A stretch of 64,000 nucleotides of DNA from positions 325,686,001 through 325,750,000 of the forward strand of contig OZ024742.1 in NCBI GenBank assembly GCA_964016885.1, written 5' to 3'. A program made the position numbers and the translations under genes. Of the stretch, positions 26,506-40,862 are shown in pieces. Source of the stretch: Eledone cirrhosa (taxonomy: Eukaryota). The stretch's first letter is position 1, and the number at the start of each line of letters is the position of its first letter. Below the pieces are notes generated by a model that had not been told where the DNA came from, ran no database searches, and saw only the letters and a program-made list of their open reading frames with translations.

Positions 26506-27388
26506 GGGAAGAAGACGAACGTGGTGGTAGAAGGTCATGAAATCGCTCCCGTAAGTCTTTGATTTTTAACATATTTAAATCAATTGCGAAATAACAATTC
26601 TTAGTACAAATGATGCATAAAGCACCGAATCAAGTCTCTTAAAAATTCAAATCCACAACATATTGTTATATCGCTCAAATATTCAATTTTGTATTATACA
26701 TTTTATATTCAAAAACGAAAATGGTTATGAATGGAAGAAAACCCCTCTGTCAACACTATATAGAACAGCCAAATAACAGCAATTTCACCAACACCAGAAA
26801 CTTGATACACCACCTACTCCATCACCCCGCTGTGTACACTAAATACAACAGCCAGATAACGGCAATTTCACCACCACCACCACCAATCCCAGCATCATAA
26901 TAATAATTACTATTATTAATGTCTCAAGTTTTAACAAAATGTTTAATTCCAATATTAAGGGAATATGTCAACAGATATATTAAACATACACGACACAAAC
27001 GCATAGATATTACAGATCAAACAAAACTACAGTCTATTCAACAAAACTCAGTAACGACAATGCCAGCGCCGCCACCACTCCATCCATCATTGCTACCACT
27101 ATCCCATCACCGCCGCCACCACTCCTTCATTGCTACCACCACTATTCCCCATTACCTTCAGTTAACTTAAGAAAAAGGAAGGTGGCGGTATCACTATACA
27201 AGGGAGAGGCTAGCAAAAGATATCAGTAGATTGACTTAGTGACCCGGCCACCGGCCAAACGTTAATAACTATGGCACTGCTGGCGCCCCCCCCCCTTCCC
27301 CACCAACAATATAAAAAGCCCCAGCACCACCACCGACATAGCCAACAACAATAACAGGCAATTTCAGCAAAAAGTATATTATATTATT

Positions 27389-27433
27389 GTAATGCACTGG
27401 GTAATTGCTGCCCTTGTGCCTGGAGTGGAGACA
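27389..27433 (+). mobile_element. 5'-truncated SINE 3' end inserted in the D leader with an ATTATT target-site duplication
   Basis: Matches SINE 13025-13069; absent from the D copy at ~22055-22075. Confidence 0.8.
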
Positions 27434-27682
27434 ATTATTAATAATTTCATTCTTAAGCCACGCAATGCTCACATTAAGGAACCACTCATGATAATAACAA
27501 TTTAAAAAAACAACAAAAAAAAAACCCTGACCAATAAATACCGGGATGGCGGCCGGCGGGGAATAGCCGTGTCTCTAAGGGAGAACGAATACACTAGTCT
27601 TGGTTGACACTCGTTCTAGAAGTGGTAACACGAAATGATTACCCCTTGTCGGATAAGGATAAAATGCGACAAAATAAAGTAT

Positions 27683-30600
27683 ATGTCTAATGATAAAATC
27701 TCATACCGGATCGGCCGTCACCCAGGTAAAAAAGGGCCGCGTCCCTCAGAGAGGAACCAGACTGGGGTCGAAAAATCAGCTAATGGTTCAAACCTTCCCA
27801 TCACTTCGGAGCTGGAGACCTCCCATAACCAGAATACTCCTACTGTTGGCCCTCCATGCTCACCACCAAGAAATCCAAAGAAAAAGAGAGAAAAATGGTC
27901 AAGGGAAGATAATAAAGAAGTCCTTGTGGCTTTCTACACTGCCATGTACTACCCATCAAATACATCGAATACACAAAAGACATATATCAACTGGAAAAAG
28001 AAACATCCCGAAAACAGAGGCTATATTGACAGTAACAAACTAGCCAATATACGAAGAAATATTGTAAAAAAAAGTTACTAACTGATATAGAAGTTGATCA
28101 GATCAAGCTATTAGCATAAAGTCAGCGAAGGGAAAATGAAACATGTGTCAGTGAAAACGAGGTAAATTGTAACACTTCGAATCCCACGATTGGGGCGGAA
28201 TCACTGACAACAGAACAAATTAAAGAAATGATCGAAAAAGTGGAGGGAGTGCATGCTCAAGATGAAACTCCAAATGAAAACAATGAGATCGTAAATGATA
28301 AAGAAATGAATGAGAATGAACTTGTCAACTTGAAGGTTGAAATTATGATCGAATGGATGAAAATGAAAGAATCTGACATGGTGGAACGAGACACCCTCCG
28401 TATGATCCAGAACTCCAAACAGAACAAAAAGATAATACACAAGACTAACATAATTATCAAAAACATTATCATCACAAACAAACTAAACATTACTGATTTA
28501 AATCATCTCTATTATGCATCAGTCACCACTCACTTATGTGGAGTGAAGATGAAAAAACAAAGGAATTCCCACAAGAAATCTACTTGGCAAGAGAACATCA
28601 ATCGCCAAATAAACCTTCTCCGATCTGACATAGAAATTTTAAAGAACTATAAAGTAGGTGAACATGTTAAACAAACTAAACTTAGAAAATTGAAAAGAAA
28701 GTACAGTATAAAACCAACAAGTGACATAGGCATGCTGATAGAAATAATCAAGCAAAAAGTGTCGGCCAAAGCTGCTCGTATAAGGCGCTTTGAAAAACGA
28801 TCTAGATTCTATAAGGACAATAATATGTTCAAAACCAACCAAAGAAACTTCTACAGAAAAATTGGTAAGTCAACAATAACTGCTAAATCAATACCACCCA
28901 AGGAGGAAGTGCAAGAATTGTGGGACAAGATCAGAGTCGAACTTAAAGTTCATAATATACATGCCCCATGGACAGACAGACAAATGAAAGATACAGCTCA
29001 CCGTGAGGAACAAATATGGGAAAATATAACAGTTGAACAGTTGCGTTTGGCTCTAAGAAAAACCAGCAAATGGAAATCCCCAGGAAAAGACAAAATACAA
29101 AATTTTTGGATAAATGCCTTCACAGAGACACATGAGCTGTTACTCCAACTTTACAATGAAATAGTTAAGGAGCCAGAAAAGATACCATCATGGCTAGTTA
29201 ACGGCATACATTCCTGCTTCCGAAGAATGATGAGACAAACAATCCCCAAAATTACAGACCGATAACTTGCTTGACCACAATGTATAAAATGTTAACATCA
29301 ATCCTAACTGAATATACATATGACCACCTGATAACAAATGACCTATTTCCCATTGAGCAGAAAGGGTGTAAACGAGGCTCATATGGCTGTAAGGATCAGC
29401 TTTTGGTTAACAAAATGATACTGGAAGATTGTCATAATAGACATAAAAAATATATCAATTGCTTGGATAGATTATAAAAAAGCATTCGATAGTTTGCCAC
29501 ACAGTTGGATTGAAAAATGTTTAGAGATTTTCAAAATATCCCCCGTTGTCAGGAGGTTTTTGTCATTCAGTATGAAGACATGGAAAACGACACTCCTTTT
29601 GAATAGTGAAACAAAATCACTGGAAGCTGCAGAAGTTAATATTAATTGTGGAATTTTTCAGGTTGACTCTTTATCACCGCTTTTATTCTGCAGCGCACTT
29701 ATACCATTAAGTAAAATGCTCAATGAAACAAAACATGGATATAAAGTCTATGACAAAACCATTAATCACTTGTTCCACATGGATGACCTGAAACTATTTG
29801 CAAAAAATGATGAACAATTGCAAGGGCTATTATCTACTGTGGAGCAGTGATGACATTAAAATAGAGTTTGGACTAGATAAATGCGCCAAACCAACGTTCA
29901 CCAGAGGAAAGCTGCTGAAAAGTTCAGACATTAATCTTGATCGAGGGAATGTGATAAGAGAACTTGATCAAGAGGAAACTTACAAATATCTAGGTGTTTG
30001 TGAAGGAGACGGAATCAAGCACTCGACAATGAGGGAAAGGATAAGGAAGGAATGTTACCGCAGAGTAAGAGCAATCTTAAGAACGGAATTGAATGCAAGG
30101 AATAGGATAGATGCCATAAACACGCTTGCCATACCAGTAGTAACCTACAATTACAATGTCATCAACTGGTCAAGCACAGAGATCCGTAGGCTCGATACAA
30201 AATTTAGAAAATTCTTAACCATGCACAGAATGCATCACCCTAAGGCAGATACAGATAGAATATATCTCCCTAGGAAAGAAGGAGGACGTGGGTTAATACA
30301 GTTAGACATTGCGTTGAAAACTGCAACAATTGGATTATCTACATATCTAAGGGAATCACATGATTGGATGATCAAACTCGTTTTGAAACACGAAAGCATC
30401 AAAAGATCATACTCCATTACAAAAGATGCGCAAAGATACAGTAATGTACTAGACATTTCAGAAGTCCTATTTACTGCTGAAATGGAAAACACAGATAAAG
30501 CAAAACAGGTAAAAGTAACTGCAAAGAAAGAACAGCTACAGAAACTGGCTAAGAAATGGCAAGAAAAGCGTCTGTATGGAAAATACCCAGAACGAGTTAA

Positions 30601-31312
30601 CAATCCTGATGTTGACAGAACTTTAACCCATCAGTGGTTGGCATCCTCTGGACTGAAATCGGAGACTGAAGGACTGATTATATCAGCACAGGATCAGTGT
30701 CTGCCAACAAAAAATTACCAAGCCAACATAATAAAAAATGGATGCAGCCGTGTATGTAAAAAACAACCAGAGAACATTGACCATATAATTTCAATGTGCA
30801 GTCCTATAGCTCCAACCGAATACCTAAACAGGCATGACAGAGCTGCACAATACATACATTGGATAACGTGTAAGCATTTTGACCAGCCCCATCAAAAGAA
30901 TTGGTGGGAGCATCAACCACCTCCCATACTTGAAAAAGATCACATCTCAAACTTGTGGAACTTTAGCATCCAAACAAACCGAAAAATAGATGCAAATAGA
31001 CCTGATATAACGTTGAAGGCCTTTAAAAAGAGGGTATGCCTGCTAATTGATATGTCCGTTCCAATAGACAAGAATGTATCTATAAAAACATTTGAGAAAT
31101 TGAGCAAGTATAAGGACCTGGAAATAAAAATTGGAAAAATGTGGAAATTGAGAACTAAAACAATACCAGTGGTTGTAGGCGCTCTGGGAATGATACCTAA
31201 GGGGTCTAATGATTACTTATCGCAAATCCCAGGAAACCCGCGTATAGGAGAAATACAAAAGATAGTACTAATGGGAACTGCCCATATATTAAGGAAGATT
31301 CTGTCAATATAA
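27683..31312 (+). pseudogene. Family D RT-RLE ORF, frameshifted
   Basis: ORFs 27635-28081, 28228-29265, 29271-29477, 29494-29850, 29798-31312. Confidence 0.9.
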
Positions 31313-31455
31313 GTACATCACAAGTCTAAACATTAAAGATGCATGTGTGAGTATGTATGTTCTTTCTTGAACATGGCGGACTTTGTTGCCTCTTCAGGTC
31401 ACTGGTTGTGACTTGGTGATAACTCGTATGAACATAAAGCAAGATAAATGCAGCT

Positions 31456-31498
<43 letters not shown>

Positions 31499-31758
31499 TT
31501 TCTTTATTAACCACAAGGCTTTACATAAAGTAGACATTAAGGACAGTGCAGGACAACGCAGGACGGTACAAATGGGCATTTCTGCGTGTAAAAAAACAAA
31601 AACAGAGGATGTAACAAAAATAACAATGAAAATAACAATGAAAAATTCCCCAATAGGGGGGAGACTTCGGAGGGACATTTGTGGAGAAAGCCCAGTAAAA
31701 AGCCACAATGACCCTGACCACCAAGGCAAGTGCCCTCTCCCAGTTTTCCACCTTTAGT

Positions 31759-34700
31759 TTACAGATATATACTCAGAGTCGGCCCATTCACTCGGGCCAT
31801 TCTTGCTTCTCTCACCCATCTTTCAACAAAATGCTGGGAAGAGAGCACTTCCTTCTCTACTCTGATTTTCCATTTCAAATGAAATTTGAAAAAGTCAATC
31901 AGAGCATCACCGAAGAGGTAAGTGCTCGTCTTCAGCCCTTTCAAACGTGTCCACCATACTATCTCTTTCGCCATGGCCACCAGACAGATAAAAACTGCCT
32001 GCCCTTCCCGGCTAAAGGAGGAGGGCGGGGCAATCCTCACGATAGACTCAGATGATAGCTGGATCCGTCCTAAACGCGACAGCAGGTGTTCGACATAAAC
32101 CCCACAAGTCAGCAATTTTCGGACACTGGACGAGTGCGTGCAGGACGGTTTCGTCGCCCTGCGCGCATCTCGGACATGCCCGGCTGACGGCACCTCGATG
32201 CCTGTAGAGTTTATCCCGAACTGGCAAGGCTCCTCGGTAGCACTGCCAGGCCAGAGATTTCTGGAAGTTGTCCATAGGCCCTGGCCCGAAAGTTCTTCCG
32301 AAGAGATTGGCTAGTTGATTTTCGTCGACGCCTAGAGTTTCCCCAAGTACGTCGTCGCTCTTCCCCTCCACTAATCCTCTATAGAACGCCGAGGTGGAGT
32401 TTCCACCGATCACATTGCCCGATTGGTCGAGGGCTGTGAGCGCCTGAAGACATTCCAGTCTCCAGGCGCTCCCTCTCGGTCTTCGCTTGACCCAGGACTG
32501 CAGCTCCGTCAAGGAAACGAGCTGGGGAAAAACGCGTCTAGCAAACGGCGACCACACCTGATCAGCGTCGAGGAAGAGGTGGAGATGTCGTAGCCTGAGC
32601 GCGTGCCTGCGCATCATCAGCCACGGCATGCCCAGCCCTCCACGTAGCGGGTGTTGACAACAGATGGACCGCCTGACCATCGGAGCACGTCCCTTCCACA
32701 AAAAGCGAAAGAGCAAACGCTCCAGCGCAGTCAGGCGAGGCTTAGGACACGGTACCACGGTCAGGCGGTAGCAGATGACAGACGCGATGTACGCGTTAGC
32801 CACCTCCGCTCGACCTTTCAGGGATAGCTTCCTCTCGGCCCATTTCTGGGTGAGAGAAGCCACCCTGCTCGTCACCCCGTCCCAGTTTTTGTCCGTCCGG
32901 AGGTCCGGACCGAACCAGACCCCTAGCAATTTAACCGGTCCGTCCGTCCAGCGTCCGACGACGCTGTTGGACGGCATGGACCTGCCTCTCCAGGTGCCGA
33001 GCTGCAGGCCCACTGACTTTTCCTGGTTGATCATTGCTCCTGTCACCGCTTCGTATTCTCTTAGTGTAGTGGCGATCGCCTCGATGTGTTTGGCGTACGA
33101 CACCACTACGGTGACATCGTCCGCATATGCTGACACGGATCTTCCGCATCCTAGTTCGTGCGGGACTCCCCTCAACGTCTCCAGTTTGTGCAGTAATGCC
33201 TCGAGAGTCAATACGTACAAGAGGGACGAGAGGGGACATCCTTGGCGGACCGAGCGCATGATGTTGAACGGTTCCGACAGGTGACCGTTCACTCTCACCA
33301 CAGAGCAGATGTCGCTGTGCATGGCAGCGATCCAGCCTCTGAAGACGGGCCCAAAGCCAGCCGCCCTCAGGACTGCCGCTAGGTAACGATGGTCGACCCT
33401 ATCGAAAGCTTTCGACTGATCTAAATTGATCAAGGACCCACCCGTGCCAGGTTCCCTAGCTACCCTCTCTACGATGTATCCTATGAGGTGGAGGTTGTCG
33501 TGGATGGATCTGTCGGGAATGGCGCATGTCTGCGCCTCTCCCACCAGACCACCAACGACAAGCGCCAACCTCTTTGCTAGCACCTTGGCCAAAATCTTAA
33601 ACTCTGTGTTTAGCAGAGTTGTGGGCCGGAAATTTTCTATGTTATCCCCCTTGTTCGGATCCTTTCTCAGCAGTGCCACCGCTCCTCGGCTCACAGAACT
33701 GGGAATTCTCCCGTTCTGTTGCCAGTTGCAGTAGACGTCCGCCAAGAGGCCTCCGACAAGTCTGGCATCTGTACGTAAAGTTCATAGGGCAGACCATCCA
33801 AACCAGGCGATTTACCCCTTGTGCAGCCAGTCATTGCCTCCCTTACTTCAGCGGCTGTTATCGGCTTTTCGCAACACTTCGCCTCAGTGGCCGAGAGCCG
33901 CGGCAGTCCGTCGAGGGAGACACTAAAGTCCATCCGTCTACCCGGCCCACCGCTGCCCCCGAACAGCTGAGCGAAGTGTCGCTGAAAAACTTCACACATT
34001 TGCCCGGGATCGAGTAGCATGCGCCCGTCGTGGTCCACCAAAGACCGGATCGTGTCTTTGTTGCCACGACGCGCCTCCGCCACTCGGGCCCATTGAACGG
34101 CTTTCGTCCCCTCGTGTCTGAGAGCACGCACCCTTGCTCTGACAACGCAGCCTTCGTGATTTGCATTGAAGAATTGGTCAAGGGCCAATTTCGCCGCAAG
34201 CACGTCGGTCGCAATGCCTTTGCTAAGCGCCTCGTCTAATTTTCTAACTAGTTCTCCCTCTGCTCTATTTTTCTCTATTGCTAAAGCCTTACTAAACCTA
34301 ATCGATTCTATTCTAATCGCTCTTTTCAGAGCAAATCACCACTTGTTGTTGACGATGGCCCCCGTCAACGCCCGCTTAACTAGTTCGCTAATCCGGTCTC
34401 TGTAGGCCTTGCGCGCTGGTAAGGACGCGTTTAGCTTCCAGTAGCCGGGTCCTCGTCTATGAAGCCTATCTAAGTCAAGCACACACATCACGAATTTGTG
34501 GTCCGTGTAGCTGACTATCTTGAATTGTGGACAGCCTATGCTAGACCTATCTATTTCCCTACAAAATACTCTATCTAGATATGATCTGGATGACCCTATG
34601 CGGTTTGTCCAAGTCCACATTGGCACATTCGGGAAATCCAATCGGTACCTGTCAGACAGTTCAAAACGCCTGAGCAGGTTGGTGAGGCTCTTGCACCCTA

Positions 34701-35178
34701 CACCCCTATCCGCTAATCCCACACAGTCCCAGGGTGCATCTAAGATCCCGTTCCAGTCGCCCACTAACACTAAAGAACGGGACCTTCCAAGAAAGGTCTC
34801 CAGACGCCGGAAGAAATCAGGCCGCCCTGCTCCTGTCGGGGCATAGACGGCCACTAGCCTGAAAGCTTTCCCGTCTCCGCTGGTCACGTCCAGCACCACC
34901 AGCTTACCCTCTGGGTCCAGGAAGATGGCCCGTATGGCGAGATCCAAACCTCTCCGAAAAGGCACAGCAACTCCTCCACCGGATCCAGGACGGCTGGGAG
35001 ATGCGTACACATCGTAGCCGCCGAAGATCGGTGCGAAGGCCCGTGCTTCAGAGATTCTGGTCTCGCTGATGGCCACTACATCTATGTTTAGTGACCTGAG
35101 GTCGTTGAGCAGGTGACCCTGCTTCCATGACGACCCCAAGCCACGCGCATTTATGCTGCCTATTCTGAGTGAGGTCAT
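31759..35178 (-). pseudogene. Family C ORF2 APE-RT, complete length with one stop and about two frameshifts
   Basis: ORFs 34336-35178, 33691-34203, 32048-33745, 31759-32193; YADD present. Confidence 0.92.
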
Positions 35179-35213
35179 GTTTAAAATAGAGTGGAAAAGA
35201 TGGGAAAGACCAC

Positions 35214-37313
35214 TTACCGTACTTTTGGTAGAGGAGGGATAGTTTTTACATCCCTTTTCACTTGATCGTCTGGTGAAGGGACCGTTGAATCGCCCCTTCG
35301 GCTGGTCGTCGGCTCTTCTAAGAGAATGTCTGAGTATACTCTTCGATTGATGGTTCCTCCTAGGTCCCTGAAATCACCAACTGCGTTGGGGAATTTCGTT
35401 TTAATGTTTGTGTATTGTTTCTGTGCTATTTTTAGCAGTCTTATGTTAGTTGGCGTTTTGATTGGTGCTGGTATTATGTAGTCCTGTTGTGAAATGTCTG
35501 TGTGTTCAATTATGTAAGTCATTAGTTTCTTGTTGTGTGTATTTATTGCCGTGCATTTGTTTTTCTGGGGGTGGGGTGTGGTTCTGCTATTTTCTTGTCG
35601 TTGTTGCTGGGTGTGTGTGTTTTGTTGTTGTGTTTGCGATGTTGGTGCTTGTGCTGGTGGTGTTGAAGGTGTTGTTGGCGGTGGGGATGTCGCCGGTGGT
35701 GATGGTGGTGCTAGTGTGGGTGGTGATGGTGTTGGTGTTGTTGCTGCTGTGGGTCTCTTTGCAGTAGAGTTTACCCTTTTCTCATTTCTTTCCTCCCTTT
35801 TCAAAGGCGACGATGCGCTGCTTCTGCGTTTGTGCCTTCTTACGACCTTTTGCCATCCCTCTCCCACCTCACACTCCATGTCTGATTCTGTGAGGTCGGG
35901 GAGGGGTACCAGCTCCACTCTTTCACTTGTTGTTGTTGGTGATGTTTGCACTGGAGTCTCTGTTGTAGCTGCATTTGGTATTGCTGTTGTTGTTGTTAAT
36001 ATTTCCACTGCTGCTGCTGTTTTTGATTTCCGTGGAGTGGGTATGGGTACCACGGGCCTATCGTTCCTGGTTGCCGCTTGTCCTGTTGCTGGTAGCCGTG
36101 GAGCCGGATTCGGAAGGAGGGGGGTTTTCTCCTTTCTCAGGGTCTTCTCGTTGCAGAAGGCCCTGAGGTGAGTCTTCGATCCACAGCGAAAGCATTTCGG
36201 GCATTTGCCCTCAACACTTATGGGCAGTTGAGTGCCGTTATCGAAGTCTATCACATCTGGGATAGCTTCGATGCACTCCTGGTTGGTTTGGATTAGCATC
36301 TCAATGGAGGAGCCGACCCAATCTTCAATTACTTTTTTCTGTACTTGCAGTACAGTTGTTTTGTCCTCGATTCCGACGAGGACAGACGCGGCCAGCCAAG
36401 AAGGGGTCATTCCGGGGGGGGGACGTGGGTCAGTTTGACACTCACAATTTTTTTTGCCCGCAGTAGGAGGGCACCAACACCATTTCCTCGCTCCTTAGGG
36501 TCACTACTGATTGGGCCTTTGCCTCCTGGGGTGTGGCAAAAAGTACGTCTACGGTGGCATATTTTTTGCCTCGGGTGATGTGTGTTTTCCGCTGCCACAC
36601 AGACCCCAAGGCTTTTTGTATTTGGGCCTATGTGGCTCTTTCCACCCTACGGGATTTTGTACTTACTGTACGGTACGTGACCGTACAGTGCTCTTGGGTT
36701 TCGAAAAATTTTTCCCTGCCTTGCAGATTGCTCAGTGTCCGTTCTTTGTCACCATCTTCTTCGCTTCCTCTAATTCCTCATTTGTTATGAGGATTGTTTC
36801 CAAGTTTTTCGCAATACCTGCAAATGAGATTGGTTTTTCTCTGCTGTTGTTGTTGTCGTCAGAGCTGCTGGTACTTTTGTTGTTGCTGCAGGTACTACGA
36901 CTACTGCCTCCGCCGCTGTTGCTGTGGTTGTTGTTGGTGTTGCTATTGCTAATGCTGTTGTTGTTTATGCTGCTGGTGATGCTGTTGCGGCTGCTACTGT
37001 TGTTTTCATTGTCACTGTTGCTGTTGTTATTACGGCTGCTACTGCTATTATTCCTGACGTCAGACGAATGAACTGGGTTTTCGTATTTCCCGCACACCTG
37101 TTTCGTCGCTGTCGTCGTCGTCGTGGAGAAACCTTGCACGCTTTGCACGAGACTTTTCTTTTCTTTCGTCACTTGCGAAAGAGAAGGGAGGGAGAGAGAC
37201 ACATTTAAAGAAGGGAGGGTGAGAGACAATCTTCTCTCTGCTGTAGTGATGATTGAGGAAGAAGAAGACGGAATGAGTGGGAGTGACGTATGAAATTTCT
37301 TTTTCGTAGCCAT
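35214..37313 (-). pseudogene. Family C ORF1, frameshifted
   Basis: CFRCGSKTHLRAFC; ORFs 36732-37313 and 35214-36410. Confidence 0.87.
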
Positions 37314-37528
37314 GTTGTTTTTTTGTTTAAAATGAATATTGGGTACAAAACCCCAATAACTGGTTATTTAACCCCGAAGGGCCAAATAACGGACAGAAAG
37401 ACGCCTCTCACGAGGAGGAGGGTGTCTTTATCAACAATTTGGTTCAAGTTTTAAACAATTTACAATTGTTTTAACGGTTAAAAATTACTATACCTAACAG
37501 AGCCGAGCCTCCGTCAACCATGGTATTC

Positions 37529-37568
<40 letters not shown>

Positions 37569-37811
37569 TTTTCTTTATTAACCACAAGGGTTTACATCAA
37601 GTAGACATTAAGGACAGTACAGGACAATACAGGACGGTACAAATGGGCATTTCTGTGTGTAAAAAAAACAGAGGTTGAAATAAAATAACAAAGAAAAATT
37701 CCCCAATAGGGGGGAGACTTTTGAGGGACATTTGTGGAGAAAGCCCATTAAAAGACCACAGTGGCCCTGACCACCAGGGCAAGTGCCCTCTCCCAGTTTT
37801 CCACCTTTAAT

Positions 37812-40800
37812 TTACAGACACATGCTCAGAGAAGGCCCATTCATTCGGGCCATACTTGCTTCTCTCACCCATCTTTCAACAAAGTGCTGGGAAGAGAGCA
37901 CTTCCCTCTCTACCCTAATTTTCCTTTTCAAATGAAATTTGAAAAAGTTAATCAGGGCATCACCGAAGAGGTAAGTGCTCGTCTTCAGCCCTTTCAAACG
38001 TGTCCACCATACTATCTCTTTCGCCATGGCCACCAGACAGATAAAAACTGCCTGCCCTTCCCGGCTAAAGGAAGGGAGCGGGGCAATCCTCACGATGGAC
38101 TCAGCTGATAGCTGGATCCGTCCTACACGTGACAGGAGGTGTTCGACATAAACCCGCAAGTCAGCAATGCTCGGACACTGGACGAGTGCATGCAGGACGG
38201 TTTCGTCGCCCTGCGCGCATCTCGGACATGCCCGGCTGACGGCACCTCCATGCCTGTAGAGTTTATCCCGAACTGGCAAAGCTCCTCCGTAGCACTGCCA
38301 GGCCAGGGATTTCTGGAAGTTGTCCATAGGCCCCGGCCCGAAAGTCCTTCCGAAGAGATTGGCTAGTTGATTTTCGTCGACGCCTAGAGTTTCTCCAAGT
38401 ACGTCGTCGCTCTTCCCCTCCACTAATCCCCTATAGAACGCCAAGGTGGAGTTTCCACCGATCACATTGCCCGATTGGTCGAGGGCTGTGAGCGCCTGAA
38501 GACATTCCAGTCTCCAAGCGCTCCCTCCCCTCTCGGTCTTCGCTTGACCCAGGACTGCAGCTCCTTCAAGGAGACGAGCTGGGGAAAAACGTGTCTAGCA
38601 AACGGCGACCACACCTGATCACCGTCGAGGAAGAGGTGGAGATGTCGTAGCCTTAGCGCGTGTCTGCGCATCATCATCCACGGCATGCCCAGCCCTCCAC
38701 GTAGCGGGTGTTGACAGCAGTTGGACCGCCTGACCATCGGAGCGCGTCCCTTCCACAAGAAGCGAAAGAGCAACCGCTCCAGCGCAGTCAGGCGGGGCTT
38801 AGGACAAGGTACGACGGTCAGGCGGTAGTAGATGACGGATGCGATGTACGCATTCGCCACCTCCGCTCGACCTTTCAGGGATAGCTTCCTCTCGGCCCAT
38901 TTCTGGGTGAGAGAAGCCACCCTGCTCGTCACCTCGTCCCAGTTTTTGTCCGTCTGGAGGTCTGGACCGAACCAGACCCCTAGCAATTTAACCGGTCCGT
39001 CTGTCCAGCGCCCGACGACGCTGTTGGACGACATGGACCTGCCTCTCCAGGTGCCGAGCTGCAGGCCCACTGACTTTTCCTGATTGATCATTGCTCCTGT
39101 CACCGCTTCGTATTCTCTTAGTGTAGTGCCGATCGCCTCGATGTGTTTGGCGTTCGACACCACTACGGTGACATCGTCGGCATATGCTGACACGGATCTT
39201 CCGCATCCTAGTTCGCGCGGGACCCCCCTCAACGTCCCCAAAATCTTGAACTCTGTGATTAGCAGAGTTATGGGCCTAAAATTATCTTTGTTATCCCCCT
39301 TGTTCGGATCCTTTCTCAGCAGCGCCACCGCTCCTCGGCTCACAGAGCTGGGAATTCTCCCGTTCTGTTGCCATTTGAAGTAGACGTCCGCCAAGAGGCC
39401 TCCGAACAAGTTTGGCATTTGTACGTAAAGTTCATAGGGCAGACCATCCAAACCAGGCGATTTACCCCTTGTGCAACTAGTCATTGCATCCCGTACTTCA
39501 GCGGTTGTTATCGGCTTTTCGCAACACTCCGCCTCAGTGGCCGAAAGCCGCGGCAGTCCGTCGAGGTAGACACTAAAGTCCATCCCTCGACCCGGCCCAC
39601 CACTGCCCCCGAACAGTTGAGCGAAGTGTCGCTGAAAAGCTTCACACATTTGCCCGGGATCGAGTAGCATGCGCCCGTCGTGGTCCACCAAAGACCGGAT
39701 CGTGGCTTTGTTGCCACGATGCGCCTCCGCCACTCGGGCCCATTGAACGGCTTTCGTCCCCTCGTGTCTGAGAGCACGCACCCTAGCTCTGACAACGCAG
39801 CCTTCGTGCTTTGCATTGAAGAATTGGTCAAGGGCCAATTTCGCCGGAAGTACGTCGGTCGCGATGCCTTTGCTAAGCGCCTCATCTAATTTTCTAACTA
39901 ATTCTCCCTCTGCTCTATTTTTCTCTATTGCTAAAGTCTTACTAAACCTAATGGACTCTATTCTAATTGCTCTTTTCAGAGCAAACCACCACTTGTTGTT
40001 GACGATGGCCCCCGTCAACGCCCGCTTAACTAGTTCGCTAATCCGGTCTCTGTAGGCCTTGAGCGCTGGTAAGGACGCGTTTAGCTTCCAGTAGCCGGGT
40101 CCTCGTCTATGAAGCCTATCTAAGTCAAGCACACAGGTCACGAATTTGTGGTCCGTGTAGCTGACTATCTTGAATTGTGGACAGCCTATGCTAGACCTAT
40201 CTATTTCCCAACAAAATACTCTATCTAGATATGATCTGGATGACCTTATGCGATTTGTCCAAGTCCACATTGGTACATTCGGGAAATCCATTCGGTACCT
40301 GTCAGACAGTTCAAAACGTCTGAGCAGGTTGGTGAGACTCTTGCACCCTCCTTCCCTATCCACTAATCCCACACAATCCCAGCGTGCATCTAAGATCCCG
40401 TTCCAGTCGCCCACTAACACTAAAGAGCGGGACGTTCCAAGAAATGTCTCTAGACGCCGGAAGAAATCAGGCCACCCTGCTCCTGTCGGGGCATAGACGG
40501 CCACTAACCTGAAAGCTTTCCCGTCTCCGCTGGTCACGTCCAGCACCACCAACTTACCTTCTGACTCCAGGAAGATGGCCCGTATGGCAAGATCCAAACC
40601 TCTCCGAAAAAGCACAGCAACTCCTCCCCCCGATCCCGGACGGCTGGGAGATGCGTACACATCGTAGCCGCCGAAGATCGGTGCGAAAGCCTGTGCTTCG
40701 GAGATTCTGGTCTCGCTGATGGCCACTACATCTATGTTTAGTGACCTGAGGTCGTTGAGCAGGTGGCCCTGCTTCCATGACGACCCCAAGCCACGCGCAT

Positions 40801-40828
40801 TTATGCTGCCTATTCTGAGTGAGGTCAT
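37812..40828 (-). pseudogene. Family B ORF2 APE-RT
   Basis: 788-aa ORF 38462-40828 plus 37812-38465. Confidence 0.92.
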
Positions 40829-40862
40829 GTTGAAAAGGAGTGGAAAAGATGGGAAAGACCAC

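Larger units (their letters stand above)
26506..31456 (+). mobile_element. R4/Dong-like family D, full-length
   Basis: 5' TAATA|GGGAAGAAGACG, ~1.2-kb leader, ORF, 3' TGCAGCTG|TAATAA. Confidence 0.93.
31497..37528 (-). mobile_element. Tx1-like family C, full-length (~6.0 kb)
   Basis: Same 5' end as 9501 and same 3' end as 9440/12901; complete ORF1 and ORF2. Confidence 0.93.
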
